Source: Amoebophrya sp. A120 (taxonomy: Eukaryota > Protista > Dinoflagellata). From it: 64,000 nt of DNA. The translations under genes and the position numbers were made by a program. Position 1 is the stretch's first letter; each line of letters begins with the position of its first letter. Of the stretch, positions 61,601 to 64,000 are shown one piece after another. The notes beneath the pieces are model-generated. The model was not told the origin of the DNA. It saw only the letters and a list, made by a program, of their open reading frames with translations, and ran no database searches. The stretch is from positions 12,595,621 through 12,659,620 of the forward strand of contig CAJINV010000002.1 in the NCBI GenBank assembly GCA_905178155.1, written 5' to 3'.

Positions 61601-64000
61601 TGTCCTGGGAAATGCGGTCGTAGAAGGTTCCCTGGGCGGCCGACCCCTTGATCGGGGGTAAATTAGGGTTGATGATCAGCTGCACCGCCTCCGGGATCGT
61701 GACCGTGTCCCACGCGTCGATCATCTTGCTGCACTTCAACACCGCGACGGCGCCGCCGTTCACCGCGGACTGGATGTCTTCGATCGTCGGCTTCAGCCGC
61801 ACGCCCACACCGTCCAACTCCAGATCCACGTCGAAGAACGGCGGGGACATCGGCGTCGCGGACGCGCCGCCCTCCTCGTCCTCCTTGCCCTCCTTGTCCT
61901 CGACGGACGCGGCGATGGAGATCTTTCCGGAGTCGCGCTTCGCGGTTAACCGGGTCTTGATCGCGTTCAACGACCGGCGCGTGGCGTTCAGCAGCGCCTG
62001 GTACATGGACCAGTTGTAGTGGGCCTTCACCTTGATGATCTCGGACTCCGACACCCCGCGCACGTGGCTGTCGATCGGGAATCCAACGATCTGCACCAGC
62101 AGGTCGTCCACGCTGTCCTCGATCTCCAGCGACTTGGCGTGCAAGAAAGTGGTGATCTCGCGCACGTGCTTCTCCTGGATGTCGATGAAGTCGTCCAGGG
62201 ACACGGTTTCGGACTCCTCGGGCAGCGAGACGAGCAGCAACCGCGCAACGGCCTTCAGGCTCGCGTCGACGCGGTTCTCCATGATGTCGTTGACCGTGAG
62301 GACCAACTGTTCCAGTTTCCGCAACTCCCGCCACACCGTGTCGATGTAGTTGGTGATGTTCATGGACGTCCAGGTCAGCGTCACCCGCCCGGGGCGCAAC
62401 TGGAACTCCAGGTTGTCCAAGTGCGGCTTGAGCAAGTTGGACGCGATCGGCTTCACGGTCTGCACGACCCGGCGGTACTCGCGGAGGACGAAGGAGAGCT
62501 CGTTGTAGTAGCCCTTGAACTTCGCTTCTTGCAGCAACACCATCTTGGCGGATTCCGGAATCTCGATGCCCATGCGGTCCAGGCACTTCGTCTCGCGAAT
62601 CAGCTGCAGAATCTCCCAGTCGAAGTTGACGTGCAACTTTCCGTCGTCCGGGTGCCGGACGATCAGCGTCGACTGCAAACCGGACTTCGCCTGCTCGATG
62701 CTGTGCACCCAGGCCTGGTACCAGAGCGTTTCAAACTCCACCAAAGTCTTCGCCATCTTGTTGTACATGCGGATGATCTTCTTCGCGTCTTTCCCGGCGA
62801 GCACCGACGGGGAGCGCTGGAACTTCTGCATCGGGCCCTCGATGCGCTTCAGCAGGTGCCGCGCCCACGTGATGTTCCCCGCCACCGGGGGCAGGTTGCG
62901 CACGAGCGGCGGCGCCGCTTTGTGCTTCTCGTACTGGTCCTGCACCGTGGTGAGCTCGAGCCCGTAGTTGTGGAAGATCACGGTGAACTTGGATTCCAAA
63001 TCCGACCGCAGCGTCTCGCGCTGCAGAATGGACTGAAACTTTTTCAACAAGTTCAAACTGCTGGTGATGCTGGTGATAGACTCAAACGACTGGTTGATGA
63101 ACTGCTGCAAGGCGGCTTCCAGGTCGCTGATGCGGACGTTGAAATCCACGTAATCCCGGTCGAACCGGTTGTGGTGGAAGTCCAGCAGATCGTGGCGCTT
63201 GTTGCGGAAGTCGTCCATGATGTACTTGAAGTTGTCGACCAAGACCTCCATGCCGTCGAAACGGTGCTGCGACAGCGACTGGAACTGGTAGATCGTGGAG
63301 AACATATCGATCAGCTTCACGACGCGGCGGCAGAACAGGTCGAAGCGACCGAAGATCAAGGTTTCCGAGAAGTCGAACTGCTTGCCCTTGGGCAGCGCCA
63401 TCAGCTTCTCCTTGGTCTTGCGGTACTCCTCCTGGTAGCACTCGTTCATTTTCAGGCAGAGCTCCAGATTCCGGATCAGTTCCGTCGGGTTGCGCTCCCA
63501 CAGCTGGTCGGACGACGCATCCTCATCGTCGCCGAGGATGCACATCTTGCAGTTCAGGATCATCTGGTTGGTCACCTTCGTCAGCAAGTTCGTCATGCGC
63601 TCCGTCGTGTTGTAGTACCGAGCGATGGTGTGAATCATCTTCACGCCGTTCAAAAGCGCCGGGATGTTATCCACGATGGACTGCGGCGTGCCGGTGTACA
63701 GAGGCTCGAGGAATTTGTCCAAAGAACCGAGGTACTTCACGTTGTCCTTGGCTTCGTTGAAGGACTCCGTGATCGACACGTCAATGCGCTTCCACCTGGG
63801 AAACGGTTGCATGAAAAAATAACAAACTGGGATGTGAGACTGCGAAAAACAACAAAAAAATGACGGAGCATATGCGTAGAAAAAGCCACAACAACTGTTT
63901 TACAGTTATTGTGGTCGGGAATGAAATGAGAATAATCGCAAGCAGAATTATACCTTCGCAAGACCGCGACGACGTTCGCGCGTTGCGCGGACTCGTTCGG
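49678..64000 (-). CDS. Axonemal outer-arm dynein heavy chain (DNAH5/8, gamma-type), paralog 2; 5' end lies outside the window
   Basis: 3717-aa ORF with all four P-loops. GT-AG introns at 50115-50290, 51032-51205, 52065-52199, 52498-52684, 63796-63953, plus one TIR element. C-terminal HWKLRGTCLL. Confidence 0.95.
51575..51898. mobile_element. TIR introner-like element, family C (324 bp)
   Basis: TATCAAAGTGAAAAAAGCTCCCACCCC ... GGGGAGGGGGCATTTTTCATTGTAATA; TSD CATCT; removal restores GLLQMSIKVT. Confidence 0.9.

Overview
Eukaryotic, gene-dense window, most consistent with a parasitic marine alveolate of the Amoebophrya/Syndiniales type (inferred from gene architecture, not from a database search). 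All nine genes I can support lie on the minus strand: an OXR1/TLDc protein, a sideroflexin, a small mitochondrial membrane protein, a ~1250-aa orphan, NMD3, a ~1500-aa low-complexity orphan, a DNMT5-like cytosine methyltransferase with no recognisable SNF2 domain, and two tandem outer-arm (DNAH5/8, gamma-type) dynein heavy chains. The main signal is 19 non-coding 149-324 bp insertions from about six sequence families. All begin TAT and end ATA. 18 have clear terminal inverted repeats (TIRs) with a fixed TAT-N7-AAAA end pattern, and 16 have perfect 5-bp target-site duplications (TSDs). 18 sit inside coding exons, in either orientation, and removing the element plus one TSD restores the reading frame exactly. 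14 of 19 cannot be given GT/GC/GA-AG boundaries at the TSD. Introner-type elements are known in Amoebophrya. The features that may be new are a recurrent ~50-bp spacing between neighbouring elements, a cross-family GCANNACA motif array, a 14:1 asymmetry between the dynein paralogs, and CpG->TpG differences between copies. Coordinates were counted by hand and may be off by 1-2 nt.
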